This document shows positions 36,927 through 47,277 of a stretch of DNA of 64,000 nucleotides, piece after piece (position 1 is the stretch's first letter; every line of letters begins with the position of its first letter). This DNA comes from Actinomycetes bacterium (GTDB taxonomy: Bacteria; Actinomycetota; JAHEXW01): assembly GCA_023251915.1 (NCBI GenBank), contig JAHEXW010000002.1:46529-110528 (forward strand), written 5' to 3'. The translations under genes were made by a program, and so were the position numbers. The notes below the pieces were generated by a model. It ran no database searches. It saw only the letters and a list, made by a program, of their open reading frames with translations, and was not told the DNA's origin.

Positions 36927-37465
36927 GAACAGTCGCGGGCGTTATCTACGGTTTTAAGGACGATATCGGCCGCGTCGCTGACGATGAAATCTAGTTCGGC
37001 CCGCTCGCCGGAGTTGAAATTCTGGAGAACGTACTTCGCGGGGTCCATCTGCCCGGGCGGACGGCCGATGCCGATACGTAAACGCTTGAAATCTGGCTGA
37101 CCCAGGCTGTCGATAATTGATTGAACGCCATTGTGGCCGGCGCTGCCGCCTGTATCCTTCAGCCTGATTTCGCCAAACGCCAAGTCGAGATCGTCGTGGA
37201 CCACCAGAATGCGATCTAAGGGAATCTTAAAATACGAGGTAATCATCTTGACGCTGCGGCCGCTCAGATTCATAAACGTCTGAGGTTTGGCCAACAGAAA
37301 CCGGCTGTCCGTATCGACATGATCGGCGACTAGAGCGTCCATTTTGGTAGCCCGGAAATGCACGCCAAGCCGCCGGCCAATCTCATCAACGACCATGAAA
37401 CCCAGATTGTGGCGGTTCCCGGCATAATCATCGCCGGGGTTACCCAGGCCAGCAACTAGAAACAA
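36923..37465 (-). CDS. pth: Peptidyl-tRNA hydrolase
   Basis: Begins MFLVAGLGNPGDDYAGNRHNLGFMVVD, a classic Pth N-terminus. Confidence 0.92.
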   Translation of the reverse strand: MFLVAGLGNPGDDYAGNRHNLGFMVVDEIGRRLGVHFRATKMDALVADHVDTDSRFLLAKPQTFMNLSGRSVKMITSYFKIPLDRILVVHDDLDLAFGEIRLKDTGGSAGHNGVQSIIDSLGQPDFKRLRIGIGRPPGQMDPAKYVLQNFNSGERAELDFIVSDAADIVLKTVDNARDCS

Positions 37466-37467
37466 GA

Positions 37468-38139
37468 TTACTCTCCGGCTTCTTCTTCCTTCTTCTCGCC
37501 AATAACCTCGGGTTCCGCTTCTGCCTCGGCCTCTTCAACCGGCACTTCTTCCTCGACCTTCGCCGGCGGCACGATTGAAACCAGAATCTCGTCCGCGTCG
37601 TCAAGAATCTCGACGCCCTCTGGGGTCACCATGTCACGGACATGGATGCTGTCGCCGATTTCCAGCGCCGCAACGTCGATCTCGAACTGCTCCGGCAAAG
37701 CCGCGGGGAGACACTTGACGCTGATTTCCCGAATGGAATGCTGCATGACGCCACCGACCTTTACGCCCGGCGCTTCTCCGATGACAATCAACGGTATGGT
37801 GGCATGAATCTCTTCCGACATCGATACCTTCACCAGATCAATATGCAGAATCTCACCCGTGATGGGGTTCTTCTGCATGTCCTTGATCATCGCTACCTGG
37901 CTGCCTTTCGGCAGCACCGCGGTTGAATCGGCTGCGGCTTCTAAGATCAGATCAACCATGACATTGGAGCCCGAACCGGTTGTTAATGCTTCCTTGAGTT
38001 CACCCGCGTCCAGGCTTAGCGTTACCGGCTCGATCTTGCGGCCGTAATATGTGCCCGGAATCCGGCCGCTGTCGCGCAAGCCGGTCAGGACGCTATGTTT
38101 ACCTGTTTCTCTTACCTGTGCCGTGATCTTAACTGCCAC
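37468..38139 (-). CDS. rplY: 50S ribosomal protein L25 / general stress protein Ctc
   Basis: L25/Ctc domain with an acidic Glu/Ala-rich C-terminal tail. Located between prs and pth, as in Bacillus. Confidence 0.85.
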   Translation of the reverse strand: MAVKITAQVRETGKHSVLTGLRDSGRIPGTYYGRKIEPVTLSLDAGELKEALTTGSGSNVMVDLILEAAADSTAVLPKGSQVAMIKDMQKNPITGEILHIDLVKVSMSEEIHATIPLIVIGEAPGVKVGGVMQHSIREISVKCLPAALPEQFEIDVAALEIGDSIHVRDMVTPEGVEILDDADEILVSIVPPAKVEEEVPVEEAEAEAEPEVIGEKKEEEAGE

Positions 38140-38228
38140 TTATAACTCCACTCCTCTAATCTAATGATTATGCCAGGGGTTTCCCCATGTCGTCTTTGTA
38201 CTCTTCGTATTCCTTGTAATCCTTGATC

Positions 38229-39188
38229 TTACACGTGTTCCTGCCCGCCAAAAATCTCACTGACGGACTTGTTCTCAAAAACGTTCTTGATTGTCTTGGC
38301 AAATACCGAGCCAACGCTCAGCACCGTCAACTTATCGATATGCTTATCGATTGGAACCGGTATCGTATTGGTGACTATTAATTCCCTGATCGGAGCGAGA
38401 TTAAGGTTCTCGATCGCCGCTCCGGAAAAGACCGGATGCGTGCAGGCAACATAAATGTCTTTGGCGCCCGCTTTCTTAAGCGCTTCGACAGCGCGGCAGA
38501 TACTGCCGCCGGTGTCGATCATGTCGTCGATGATTATCGCGTTGTGACCTTCGACTTCACCGATAACATAGCCTATCTCGGCGACATTATGCGCCGGCCG
38601 CCGCTTGGCCAGAACGGCCATTTCCGCGCCCAGCGTGTCGGCTAGTTTCTTGGTCGTCTTGACCCGGCCAACATCCGGCGACACGACAACCAGGTCCGGA
38701 ATCTCTTTCTTAATAAAATAGTCGGCCAATATCGGCAAAGCCGTCAGATGATCGACCGGCACGTTGAAGTAGCCTTGAATCTGTCCCGCATGCAAATCCA
38801 TGGTCAGAACGCGGTCCGCTCCCGCTGTCACCAGCAAGTCGGCGACCAGTTTGGCCGTGATCGCCTCGCGGGCAAGTGTCTTCCGATCCTGACGCGAATA
38901 GCCGTAATAGGGCACAACCGCCGAGATTGTCTTGGCCGACGCCCGCTTGAGCGCGTCCATCATGATGAGGAGCTCGATTAAGCTGTCGTTAACCGGCTGG
39001 CAAACCGACTGGATTACAAAGACATGCGCGCCGCGAACGCTCTCCAAAAACCGGACATAGATCTCGCTGTCGGAAAAGCGGGATATCTCGACGCGGCCCA
39101 AATCAATGGATAGATGACGCGATATTTCACGGCCTAATTCGGGGTTGGACGTGCCGGAGAAAAGCATCACTCTTGATTCGCCGTTCAC
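38229..39188 (-). CDS. prs: Ribose-phosphate pyrophosphokinase
   Basis: MLFSGTSNPELGREI, a PRPP-binding site DLHAGQIQGYF, and VVSPDVGRV. Confidence 0.92.
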   Translation of the reverse strand: MNGESRVMLFSGTSNPELGREISRHLSIDLGRVEISRFSDSEIYVRFLESVRGAHVFVIQSVCQPVNDSLIELLIMMDALKRASAKTISAVVPYYGYSRQDRKTLAREAITAKLVADLLVTAGADRVLTMDLHAGQIQGYFNVPVDHLTALPILADYFIKKEIPDLVVVSPDVGRVKTTKKLADTLGAEMAVLAKRRPAHNVAEIGYVIGEVEGHNAIIIDDMIDTGGSICRAVEALKKAGAKDIYVACTHPVFSGAAIENLNLAPIRELIVTNTIPVPIDKHIDKLTVLSVGSVFAKTIKNVFENKSVSEIFGGQEHV

Positions 39189-40555
39189 GCGCCGGGTTCC
39201 TCCCTTTTACGCCAGTTCTTGATTACACGCTGATCAGTGCGTTCGACGCCTAAACTATCATCAGGCACGTCTTTCGTAATGGTCGAACCGGCTCCGGTAT
39301 AGGCGCGTTTGCCGACCTTAACCGGCGCCACGAGTATTGTATCACTTCCAATAAAGGCGCCGTTCCCGATGGTCGTCTTATGTTTGGCCGTCCCGTCGAA
39401 ATTGCACGTAATGGTGCCGGCTCCGATGTTAACGTCGGAGCCAATCTCGGCGTCACCAATGTAAGCCAGATGCGGCACCTTGCTCCCCGCGCCGATAGTG
39501 GCCTTCTTTGTCTCGACAAAGCTCCCTATCTTCCCCTTGGTGCCGACCTTCGTACCAGGGCGAACGTTAGCGAACGGGCCGACCGTGACCCCGTCGGCCA
39601 AGCTGGCCTCGCGCACAACGGAAAATGTTATCTCGCAACCATCGCCGACTTCTGACTCTACGACTCGTGTGGACGGGCCGAGCAGGCAGCCCGAGCCAAC
39701 TACTGTGGCTCCGTTAATAAACGTATTTGGGTGAATGACGGTATCAGAACCGATTGTCACTCCGGCGTCGATATACGTTAACGCCGGGTGGATCATGGTC
39801 ACGCCATTGGCCATATGGGCGCGATTGATGCGCTCCTGCATGATCATTTCCGCATCGGCCAGTTGGGCCCGGCTGTTGACGCCCATCGTCTCCAGGCTGT
39901 CCTCAACCTGAAATGGGACGACTTTCTCCCTGTGGTCAAAGAAGATTCCGATGACGTCAGTCAAGTAGTATTCTTTTTGAGAATTGGCAGGCGTAATCTC
40001 CTGCAGAGCCGCCGCCAGCTTGGCTGCGTCGAAACAGTACGTGCCCGTGTTGACCTCGCGGATATGCAGTTCCATTTCCGTCGCGTCGCGGTGTTCAACA
40101 ATCCGCTTGACGCCCCCGTCTCCCCGGATTATCCTCCCGTAGCCGGTGGCGTCATCGACCTTTGCCGTCAGGACCGTTGCGGCCGCCTCGCGCTCTTTAT
40201 GCTTCTTGACTAGGTCCGTCAGCGTATCTCCGGTTACCAAGGGGGTATCGCCGCAAAGAATTACGATGGTGCCGCCAAAGTCCTTTAACAGAGGCAAGGC
40301 GCAGCGAACTGCGTCGCCGGTTCCTAATGCGTCCTCTTGAATCACAGTCTCCGCGGAACGCGGCAGCGCGGCACTGACTTGTTCGGCAGACGCCGGGCTC
40401 ACAACCGCCACAAACTGTTTTGGTTTTAATGTCTCGGCAGCAGAGACGATGTACTCGACCATCGGGCGCCCGCAGACCTGGTGCAGCACTTTTGGCTGTT
40501 CAGATTTCATTCTTGTACCCTGGCCGGCCGCCAACAAAACTATAGCTATGTCCAT
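39185..40555 (-). CDS. glmU: Bifunctional UDP-N-acetylglucosamine pyrophosphorylase / glucosamine-1-phosphate N-acetyltransferase
   Basis: LAAGQGTRMKS nucleotidyltransferase motif and a C-terminal left-handed beta-helix of hexapeptide repeats. Confidence 0.92.
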   Translation of the reverse strand: MDIAIVLLAAGQGTRMKSEQPKVLHQVCGRPMVEYIVSAAETLKPKQFVAVVSPASAEQVSAALPRSAETVIQEDALGTGDAVRCALPLLKDFGGTIVILCGDTPLVTGDTLTDLVKKHKEREAAATVLTAKVDDATGYGRIIRGDGGVKRIVEHRDATEMELHIREVNTGTYCFDAAKLAAALQEITPANSQKEYYLTDVIGIFFDHREKVVPFQVEDSLETMGVNSRAQLADAEMIMQERINRAHMANGVTMIHPALTYIDAGVTIGSDTVIHPNTFINGATVVGSGCLLGPSTRVVESEVGDGCEITFSVVREASLADGVTVGPFANVRPGTKVGTKGKIGSFVETKKATIGAGSKVPHLAYIGDAEIGSDVNIGAGTITCNFDGTAKHKTTIGNGAFIGSDTILVAPVKVGKRAYTGAGSTITKDVPDDSLGVERTDQRVIKNWRKREEPGA

Positions 40556-40618
40556 AAAATAAAAAACCCCCCTTGAGGATGCTTCTATATTCTAAAGGGT
40601 CTGGGGCGGAGGTTCAAT

Positions 40619-43081
40619 CTAGAAGGAGAATCGCTTCGAATCAAACAGGTTCAAACAGGCGTCAACGGCATTCTGGTCATACAACCGGCCGCGGTTGGCC
40701 TTGATTTCGTCGAGCGCCGGGCCTATCCCCAAACCAGGCCGATAGGGGCGATGCGACGACATCGCTTCAACGACGTCGGCAACGGCGATGATGCAGGCAT
40801 TCTGCGAGATGGAACCGGCGTCGTCACCGTTCGGATATCCGGAGCCGTCCAGCCTTTCGTGATGCTGTAGAACGTCGTGGGCGATCGGCACGTCGAAGTC
40901 GATATCCTTGAGGATATTGTAGCCCGTCGTCGCATGGGTCTTGATCATTAAGAACTCCAGGTCGGTAAGCTTGCCGGGTTTGTTGAGGATCTCGGCCGGA
41001 ATATATATCTTACCGATGTCATGCACCGTGGCAGCCATGCGAATCGCATCAACGGTCACTTGGGCTAGGTCCATTTCGCCGGCAATGGCAGCCGCCAGAT
41101 TAGCGACCCGTTTCTGATGCTCCGCCGTATACGGGTCCTTGGTCTCTACTGTCTCGGCCAAAGCGACAATCGTTCCATCAACAACGCGCTGCATCCTAGC
41201 GTAGCTGCGCGCTGCTTCTTCTTGCGCGGTTTGAGTCGCCGTGATGTCGCTGATGTAGCCCTCCAGGGCAACCGGTTTGGTACCGCCGTTCATAACGCCC
41301 CGCCCTTGTTCCCAGACCCACTTTAATGACCCGTCACGGGCGACGATGCGATAATTAATCTGGTAGACCGTGCCTCTGGATAAAGCCGCGGTAACGGTTT
41401 CCCGCACGCGGGTTCTGTCGGCCGGATGAATGACATCGTTAAAAGACACGACCCTGTTGCCAATGAAATCGGCAGCTTCGTATCCAGTTATGTCCAAACA
41501 CCCGTCGCTCATGTACTCCATCGTCCAGTTCTTGTCAAAGGCGCAGCGATAAGCGATTCCGCTCAGGTTGCCGATCAGCGTGGAGAGGCGCCGTTCCGTT
41601 TCGCGGATCAGAGTCTCCGATTTCCGGCTCTCGGTAATGTCCTCAGCCGAACTGACAATCATGGTGATTTGTCCCTGCTCGTCCCTGGCGTAGGTGTTGT
41701 GCCATGCCAGCAACCGTTCCTCGCCGCTCTTTGTCAGAGCCACATTCTCGTAATCCTCTACACCCGCCATTTCTCCGGACACGAGGCGATTAAAAACGTC
41801 TTCCATCTCAGGCCTGATCGACTCCGGTATGAAGTTGGCAAACCAGTTCTTGCCGACTATATCCTTTTCAGCATAGCCGAGAATATCGGCTCCTTTGCGG
41901 TTGATCATCAAGACCGTACCCTCGGGGCTGAAGCCGATTACCAAGACGTTTACCAGGTCCAGATATAGCTGATTTGAGTCGCGCTCGGCGCGCACCTGGT
42001 CTTCCGCGCGCTTGCGGTCCGTGATATCCCGGGCGACACCGATGATCCCATTGATGTCTCCGAACTGGACACTCTTGCCTTTAACGTCGACAGGGAAAAT
42101 CGATCCATCCTTGCGCTTGTGCCAGTTTTCGAAGTTGGCTTGGCCCTTCGTAAAGATCTCGCCCATTTTCTGTTTTGCGTATTCTTCCGTCCCCGGGGCG
42201 GTCAAACCGATTGCGCCAATCTTCATAATCTCGTCGGCCGAGTAGCCCCTCGACTCATAAGCTGCCCGATTCGCAAATCTGATTTTTCCCTCAGTGTCGA
42301 TTACAAATACCGAGTCCGAGACGCTGTCCAAAAGGTCGCCACGTTTCTTGATCTCCAACGCTTCCGTGTTACGCTCTGTAATGTCTCGACAAGCAGCGAT
42401 AATGCAATCTTGTTCATAGTATTTAATGGGCCGGGCTTTGACCTCAACGGGAAATCTTGTGCCGTCCTTGCGCCTGTGTACTGTCTCAAATACCAGGCCT
42501 TTGTTGCTTTGCACTTTTCCTATTCGTTTCTGAATTTGGGGCGCTTGCCCGGGCTCGTCGATATCCTTTACTGTGAGCTTGAGCATCTCCGACTCGTTGT
42601 ACCCGCGGTCCTCGTAGGCGGCGCGGTTCGCATACAGAATCTGCCCTTCGCTGTTGTGCACAAAAATGGAATCCGAGACCTCGTCCAACAGCTCGCCGCG
42701 CAGGCCAAGTTCCAGGCCTTCCCTGATCATCCGGGTTGAATCACGAATTGTGTGAAAGTAGAGACGATTGCCCCTGTCGTCGGTTAGGCCAACGGGGTAG
42801 ATGCTAAGCCGCAGCCAGGAGCCGTCCGGCTCCTTGATGGTTTGATGAACTTCGTTTCCCGTCGCGACCGCTTCGTGTAACGGACAATCGGGGTGGGGCA
42901 ATCCGGCCTTATCGATATGTTCAAAGCAGCTCTTGAGAACGTTGGGGTAATGGCCGGTGTAAATATCTTTTTGCGCGACATCGTTGGCCATCAACATGCG
43001 ATGGTCCTTGTCGACGAGCAGTGCGTAATAAGGCAAGCCGTCAAGCAACTCCTTGACACCCTGCGCCTCAGAGAGTTTCAT
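40619..43081 (-). CDS. Multi-PAS sensor protein with a C-terminal HD-GYP phosphodiesterase domain (820 aa)
   Basis: Cys/His N-terminal domain (HYPNVLKSCFEHIDKAGLPHPDCPLHE). Several PAS/PAC repeats. HD-GYP motifs HDIGKIYIPAEILNKPGKL and HHERLDGSGYPNG. Confidence 0.85.
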   Translation of the reverse strand: MKLSEAQGVKELLDGLPYYALLVDKDHRMLMANDVAQKDIYTGHYPNVLKSCFEHIDKAGLPHPDCPLHEAVATGNEVHQTIKEPDGSWLRLSIYPVGLTDDRGNRLYFHTIRDSTRMIREGLELGLRGELLDEVSDSIFVHNSEGQILYANRAAYEDRGYNESEMLKLTVKDIDEPGQAPQIQKRIGKVQSNKGLVFETVHRRKDGTRFPVEVKARPIKYYEQDCIIAACRDITERNTEALEIKKRGDLLDSVSDSVFVIDTEGKIRFANRAAYESRGYSADEIMKIGAIGLTAPGTEEYAKQKMGEIFTKGQANFENWHKRKDGSIFPVDVKGKSVQFGDINGIIGVARDITDRKRAEDQVRAERDSNQLYLDLVNVLVIGFSPEGTVLMINRKGADILGYAEKDIVGKNWFANFIPESIRPEMEDVFNRLVSGEMAGVEDYENVALTKSGEERLLAWHNTYARDEQGQITMIVSSAEDITESRKSETLIRETERRLSTLIGNLSGIAYRCAFDKNWTMEYMSDGCLDITGYEAADFIGNRVVSFNDVIHPADRTRVRETVTAALSRGTVYQINYRIVARDGSLKWVWEQGRGVMNGGTKPVALEGYISDITATQTAQEEAARSYARMQRVVDGTIVALAETVETKDPYTAEHQKRVANLAAAIAGEMDLAQVTVDAIRMAATVHDIGKIYIPAEILNKPGKLTDLEFLMIKTHATTGYNILKDIDFDVPIAHDVLQHHERLDGSGYPNGDDAGSISQNACIIAVADVVEAMSSHRPYRPGLGIGPALDEIKANRGRLYDQNAVDACLNLFDSKRFSF

Positions 43082-43150
43082 CTATGTTTCTCCTGCCTCG
43101 CGCAAATGTTCACAAAGTTATTATCGGCAGACTGTAACATCAACCTTACG

Positions 43151-44551
43151 CTAACTGTAGTCGAAGACAAACTCTCCCGCTTCAAATAAGGCGAGACAGG
43201 TATCGACGGCAGCCGCGTCATACAAGCGACCTCGGTTTTGCCTTATCTCGTCGAGCGCGACGTCGATGCCCAAACCGGGCCGGTATGGCCTGTGGGCCGT
43301 TATAGCCTCAACGACGTCGGCGACGGCGATTATCTTGGCGCCTAATTCCATATCTTTGCCGACAAGGCCCTGCGGATATCCCGAACCGTCTAGACGCTCA
43401 TGGTGCTGGTGCACGATCGCCGCGATAGGCTGGTCGAACCTGATATCACGCAAGATCTCGAAGCCGGCCTGGCTGTGTGCTTTGATCAGGTCGAACTCGG
43501 TCTCCGTGAGTTTGCCGGGTTTGTTTAGAATCTCCGCCGGCACATATATCTTACCAATGTCGTGGACAGTAGCGGCCATATCGATGGCACGCAGTTGCTC
43601 CTCAGGCAGACCGAGCTTGCCGGCGATCGCGCCGGCCAACGTTGCCACCCGCCGCTGATGGCCGGCCGTATAGGGATCACGACGCTCAACAGTCCGCGCC
43701 AGGGCGCCGATCAAGCCCGAAAACGACTCCTCCAGCCGGCTTAGGCTCTCGCGCAACCCGGCCTCCGCGTTCTTCTTGGCGGTAACATCGACTGCCATCC
43801 CCTCCAGGCCGGTAATCGCGCCGGACGCGTCCCTGGTGCGGTGAAAACTCAAGGAAACCCAGATAGTCTCGCCATCCCGTCGGCGCATGCGCACCTCGTA
43901 AGCGACTAACACATCCTGGCGCTGCAGCAGCTGGGACAATTCCTCCTTCTCCGCCGGATGTATATACATCTCCCCGATGTTGGGAAACGAATCAATAAGC
44001 TCGGCCGGCGTCGCAAAGCCAAGCATTTCTGCAGCCGCCGGATTAACCGTCACGATTTGTCCGGATACTGAGGTTTGAAAAATACCCTCACTTGCGCTGT
44101 TGAAGATTGATTCGTACTTGGCGCCAGAGGTGCGTTCTGCCTCTTGAGCCCGCTTTTCCTCAGTGATATCGCGAACAGTGTGATAGTAGACCCGTTTGCC
44201 CGCGACTGTCTTTAGGCTGGTGGGGTAGATAACGCTTTCCATCCAGGCTTGTGTCTTGGCATTCTGTAATTCTTTAGAGATGGCTCTCCCGCCGGCGACT
44301 ACTTCTTCCAGGGGGCAACCCTCGAACGGATGGTCTAAGCCGTGAACAATTTTCGGGCAATAGCCGCCGATTATTTCCCGTACGTCTCGTCCCAAGACGC
44401 CGGCGGTTGCCTGGTTGGCCAAAGCGATACAGTGATCCTCGTCTACCAAAATAACGTAAAAAGGCATCGCATCGATCAGTTTTTGGATTCCAGCTGCGGC
44501 CTTGTCGTCGTCCAGACGGCACAATTCGTCGGTCTTGCCAATGTCGCTCAT
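43151..44551 (-). CDS. PAS sensor protein with a C-terminal HD-GYP phosphodiesterase domain (466 aa), paralog of the gene at 40619-43081
   Basis: N-terminal domain homologous to its neighbour (GYCPKIVHGLDHPFEGCPLEE). One PAS. HD-GYP motifs HDIGKIYVPAEILNKPGKL and HQHHERLDGSGYPQG. Confidence 0.85.
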   Translation of the reverse strand: MSDIGKTDELCRLDDDKAAAGIQKLIDAMPFYVILVDEDHCIALANQATAGVLGRDVREIIGGYCPKIVHGLDHPFEGCPLEEVVAGGRAISKELQNAKTQAWMESVIYPTSLKTVAGKRVYYHTVRDITEEKRAQEAERTSGAKYESIFNSASEGIFQTSVSGQIVTVNPAAAEMLGFATPAELIDSFPNIGEMYIHPAEKEELSQLLQRQDVLVAYEVRMRRRDGETIWVSLSFHRTRDASGAITGLEGMAVDVTAKKNAEAGLRESLSRLEESFSGLIGALARTVERRDPYTAGHQRRVATLAGAIAGKLGLPEEQLRAIDMAATVHDIGKIYVPAEILNKPGKLTETEFDLIKAHSQAGFEILRDIRFDQPIAAIVHQHHERLDGSGYPQGLVGKDMELGAKIIAVADVVEAITAHRPYRPGLGIDVALDEIRQNRGRLYDAAAVDTCLALFEAGEFVFDYS

Positions 44552-44714
44552 CTAACCTCAACTTTTGCTCGGTTTGTCACACCTTAGGTATCGGCACGAC
44601 GCGACGATGGGCTTAATTGGAGTGGAAAATGCGGCGCCGGTCGCTACCCCAAGCCTGTACTTGCAAGGCCCGGAGCGAACGACCGGCGTTTCATCTATAA
44701 TTAGAATCTTACTG

Positions 44715-44788
44715 TGGGGCGTGGCCAAGTGGTAAGGCTCGGGACTTTGGCTCCCGGATCGAAGGTTCGAATCCTTCCGCCCCAGCCA
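44715..44788 (+). tRNA. tRNA-Gln (anticodon TTG)
   Basis: Manual fold. Acceptor TGGGGCG/CGCCCCA, D-arm GCCAAGTGGTAAGGC, anticodon arm CGGGA-CTTTGGC-TCCCG, T-arm GAAGG-TTCGAAT-CCTTC, discriminator G, CCA. Closely resembles E. coli tRNA-Gln. Confidence 0.85.
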
Positions 44789-44809
44789 GATGATTTGAAC
44801 TCGCGGCGC

Positions 44810-45130
44810 TTAGGGCGCTGATATTGACGTTGTCGCGAGTTCGGTCCCCTCGATAACAATCGGTGTTTCGGAGCCTTCCTCTTTGCGCCGATCAAACTCC
44901 TCCAACACAACACTTTGAATCATCTCGCGCACTTGCGGTTTGATCGGATGGGCAACGTCTCGGAACTCGCCGTTCGGCAGTTTGCGGCTCGGCATAGCGA
45001 CAAACAGCCCCTTTTGTCCTTCGATGATCCTTAGGTCATGGACGACAAATTCGTCATCCAAAGTAATTGAGGCGAAGGCCTTCACCTTCTCTCTCTCAAC
45101 AACCCGCATCGATACCGCTGTGACCATCAT
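44810..45130 (-). CDS. spoVG: Septation protein SpoVG
   Basis: [49 protein letters not shown] is a classic SpoVG sequence. Start trimmed from the track ORF. Confidence 0.88.
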   Translation of the reverse strand: MMVTAVSMRVVEREKVKAFASITLDDEFVVHDLRIIEGQKGLFVAMPSRKLPNGEFRDVAHPIKPQVREMIQSVVLEEFDRRKEEGSETPIVIEGTELATTSISAP

Positions 45131-45190
45131 CGCTGTTCTCCCCTTCCGAACGCTCACGGTCCGACCATGACGAAAAGCCGGACCCTTCCG

Positions 45191-45973
45191 CTACGCGGCA
45201 GACAATACCCTGGTCACCAAGTCTACGTCTGCCGGCTTGTCAACATCTATTCCCATTTCGGGGTATGTGGAAACAATCGCCTTAGCTCGGGCGTTCACCA
45301 TTTCCGAAGCCCGGTTCTCGATTTCTGTGATGCTAAGTGTGTGTAACAGAAGCTTGGCAATGAATTTTGGCCCGAGGAAACGCATTAACTTGGGCACGCT
45401 TTTGCGCAGCGAGAAGGCTTCGTCTATCAGAGCAAGATTCGCCATGACGGCCACCGGGTTCGCCAGGATAAGATTACCGCCGGTAAAAGTGCCTTCTTTT
45501 AGTTTGCCATACGTCCGCTTTGTCTCTGGGTAGGCGTCTTCCATCGTCTCGCGGGACATGACCGGGTACAGAATGTCCGCCTCGAGGCGTTCCGCCTGGT
45601 CCAAGAAATCGTCGATCGCCGCTGGCGTAATCAAAGGGATGTCACAGGTCATTAGGAGAACTTGGTCGGTTATGCCGATCGGAGTGTTTTGCAGATATCT
45701 GAAAGACGCGACCATGTTGTCGATTGCGTTACCGGCGACCGGCAAGACTGTTTCGACCCGGGTAGTCCATGGCTCCATCGCGGCTTCGGGGGGAGCGACA
45801 ACAATGACCCGCCGCACTCTTTCCACCCCGGCCAGGGCGTCGATGATGTACTCGATCATCTCGCGTCCGTCGAGTTTTAAGAAAGCTTTGCCGCGTTGCT
45901 CCGTCTGGTCACTCTGGTCGGTGGTTTTTAGGTTCCCACCGGCGACTATGACCGCGTCGAATGGTGCCTGCAT
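45191..45973 (-). CDS. Nucleotidyltransferase family protein (MobA-like NTP-transferase domain)
   Basis: AVIVAGGNL...GKAFLKLDGREMIEYIID, a GT-A/NTP-transferase N-terminus. The specific function is unclear. Confidence 0.55.
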   Translation of the reverse strand: MQAPFDAVIVAGGNLKTTDQSDQTEQRGKAFLKLDGREMIEYIIDALAGVERVRRVIVVAPPEAAMEPWTTRVETVLPVAGNAIDNMVASFRYLQNTPIGITDQVLLMTCDIPLITPAAIDDFLDQAERLEADILYPVMSRETMEDAYPETKRTYGKLKEGTFTGGNLILANPVAVMANLALIDEAFSLRKSVPKLMRFLGPKFIAKLLLHTLSITEIENRASEMVNARAKAIVSTYPEMGIDVDKPADVDLVTRVLSAA

Positions 45974-46014
45974 CTATTGTGCTCGCCTCGTCCTTTGTTT
46001 GAGCGGCTGTTTAC

Positions 46015-46893
46015 CTAATCTATCGCTACGACAGGTGCGTTGCAAGGTTTTACGGAGTAGACTGACGCGCCTGTTTGCCGCGCTGCCCGGCCGATGTTGG
46101 CGGCTGCTTCCGCGGATCGCGTCAACGCGAACACCGTCGAACCGCTGCCGCTCATCAAAGCCGCGTCGGCTCCGGCCGCCATCAGGATGTCCTTAATTTC
46201 TTGAATCCTAGGGTGTTTGGCAAATATCGCCGGCTCGAATGAATTGTGCAGAGTCGCGCAGAACGCGGCATAGTCACCCGCCGCCATCGCTCCCAGCATT
46301 TTGGCTAGCGTACCCGGGGGCGCCGATGTTTCCTCGTCGTAGTCGTCAAAATCCTGGTACGCTCGCGCCGTTGATACGTCTACAGCTGGCTTAACGATCA
46401 CAATCTCGCAATCCGGCATTGGCGGCGCCGGCCGCAGAATCTCTCCGGCGCCTTCGGCGTGTTTGGTTCCCTCACTTAAGAAAAACGGCACATCGGCCCC
46501 AACGCCAGCGGCCAGGCCGATCAGAACACTTGTCGTCAGTCCAAGGTCAAACAGCTTGTTTAAACCGATCAGGGTTGCGGCGGCGTCTGCGCTGCCGCCT
46601 CCTAGTCCGGCGGCAACAGGGATTCGTTTATTCACCGTCGCTGAGAAATTCATCTCCCGGCCGGCGGCGTCGCGCAGCGCCTGCCAGGCGCGCAGAATAA
46701 TGTCATCGTGGAAATCACAGGCGGGACAGTTGCGATAGACGACTTCCGGTCCAGAGTTGTTCCTCGTCAGGGTAATTTCGTCGGCCAGCGTAACACACTG
46801 CATAATGGTGACGACATCGTGATAGCCGTCGGGTCGCTTGTTTAGGACTTCCAAGAAGAGATTGATCTTAGCGTGAGCCGTAAGCGTCAGCAT
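46015..46893 (-). CDS. ispE: 4-diphosphocytidyl-2-C-methyl-D-erythritol kinase
   Basis: GHMP kinase motif PVAAGLGGGSADAAA. N-terminus KINLFLEV. Confidence 0.9.
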   Translation of the reverse strand: MLTLTAHAKINLFLEVLNKRPDGYHDVVTIMQCVTLADEITLTRNNSGPEVVYRNCPACDFHDDIILRAWQALRDAAGREMNFSATVNKRIPVAAGLGGGSADAAATLIGLNKLFDLGLTTSVLIGLAAGVGADVPFFLSEGTKHAEGAGEILRPAPPMPDCEIVIVKPAVDVSTARAYQDFDDYDEETSAPPGTLAKMLGAMAAGDYAAFCATLHNSFEPAIFAKHPRIQEIKDILMAAGADAALMSGSGSTVFALTRSAEAAANIGRAARQTGASVYSVKPCNAPVVAID

Positions 46894-46924
46894 ATTACCC
46901 CGAATTATCTAATGAGTGGTTCGC

Positions 46925-47218
46925 TTAGAAGCGGTCGGGTAACCAGGGAAAAAGATCTTCGCCGGTGTCGCAGCAGGTGAGTCTGATGGTCTTGGTAAAG
47001 ACGTCGGCATAGCTATAGGATATTTTGCGCCAGCCTGTCGGTTCCTCTATGTCGACGATGAAGAGGTTCGGATACGTTTCCTCAAGGCGCCCCACGCGCT
47101 CCCAGAGAGCGCCGCGACTCTTGATCGTTGTCAGCTTGACGGTATCGCCGATTTGGGCGCCAATTTCCTGCTTGATTCGGCAAATAGCTTCTTGCTGAGG
47201 AAGGGTCTGGATAACCAT
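46925..47218 (-). CDS. veg: Veg family protein
   Basis: 97 aa. The ISYSYADVFTKTIRLTC motif matches the Bacillus Veg C-terminus. Located between ksgA and ispE. Confidence 0.8.
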   Translation of the reverse strand: MVIQTLPQQEAICRIKQEIGAQIGDTVKLTTIKSRGALWERVGRLEETYPNLFIVDIEEPTGWRKISYSYADVFTKTIRLTCCDTGEDLFPWLPDRF

Positions 47219-47277
47219 TCGTATCCTTTCTATCGGCGTCTAATTCTATGTGAATTCTATCACTGACCGCTGAAAAG

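Noticed and set aside
40556-40618. Terminator between the HD-GYP gene and glmU
   Set aside because: There is a G-run followed by a U-run on the minus strand, but I could not find a convincing paired stem, so it was left uncalled.
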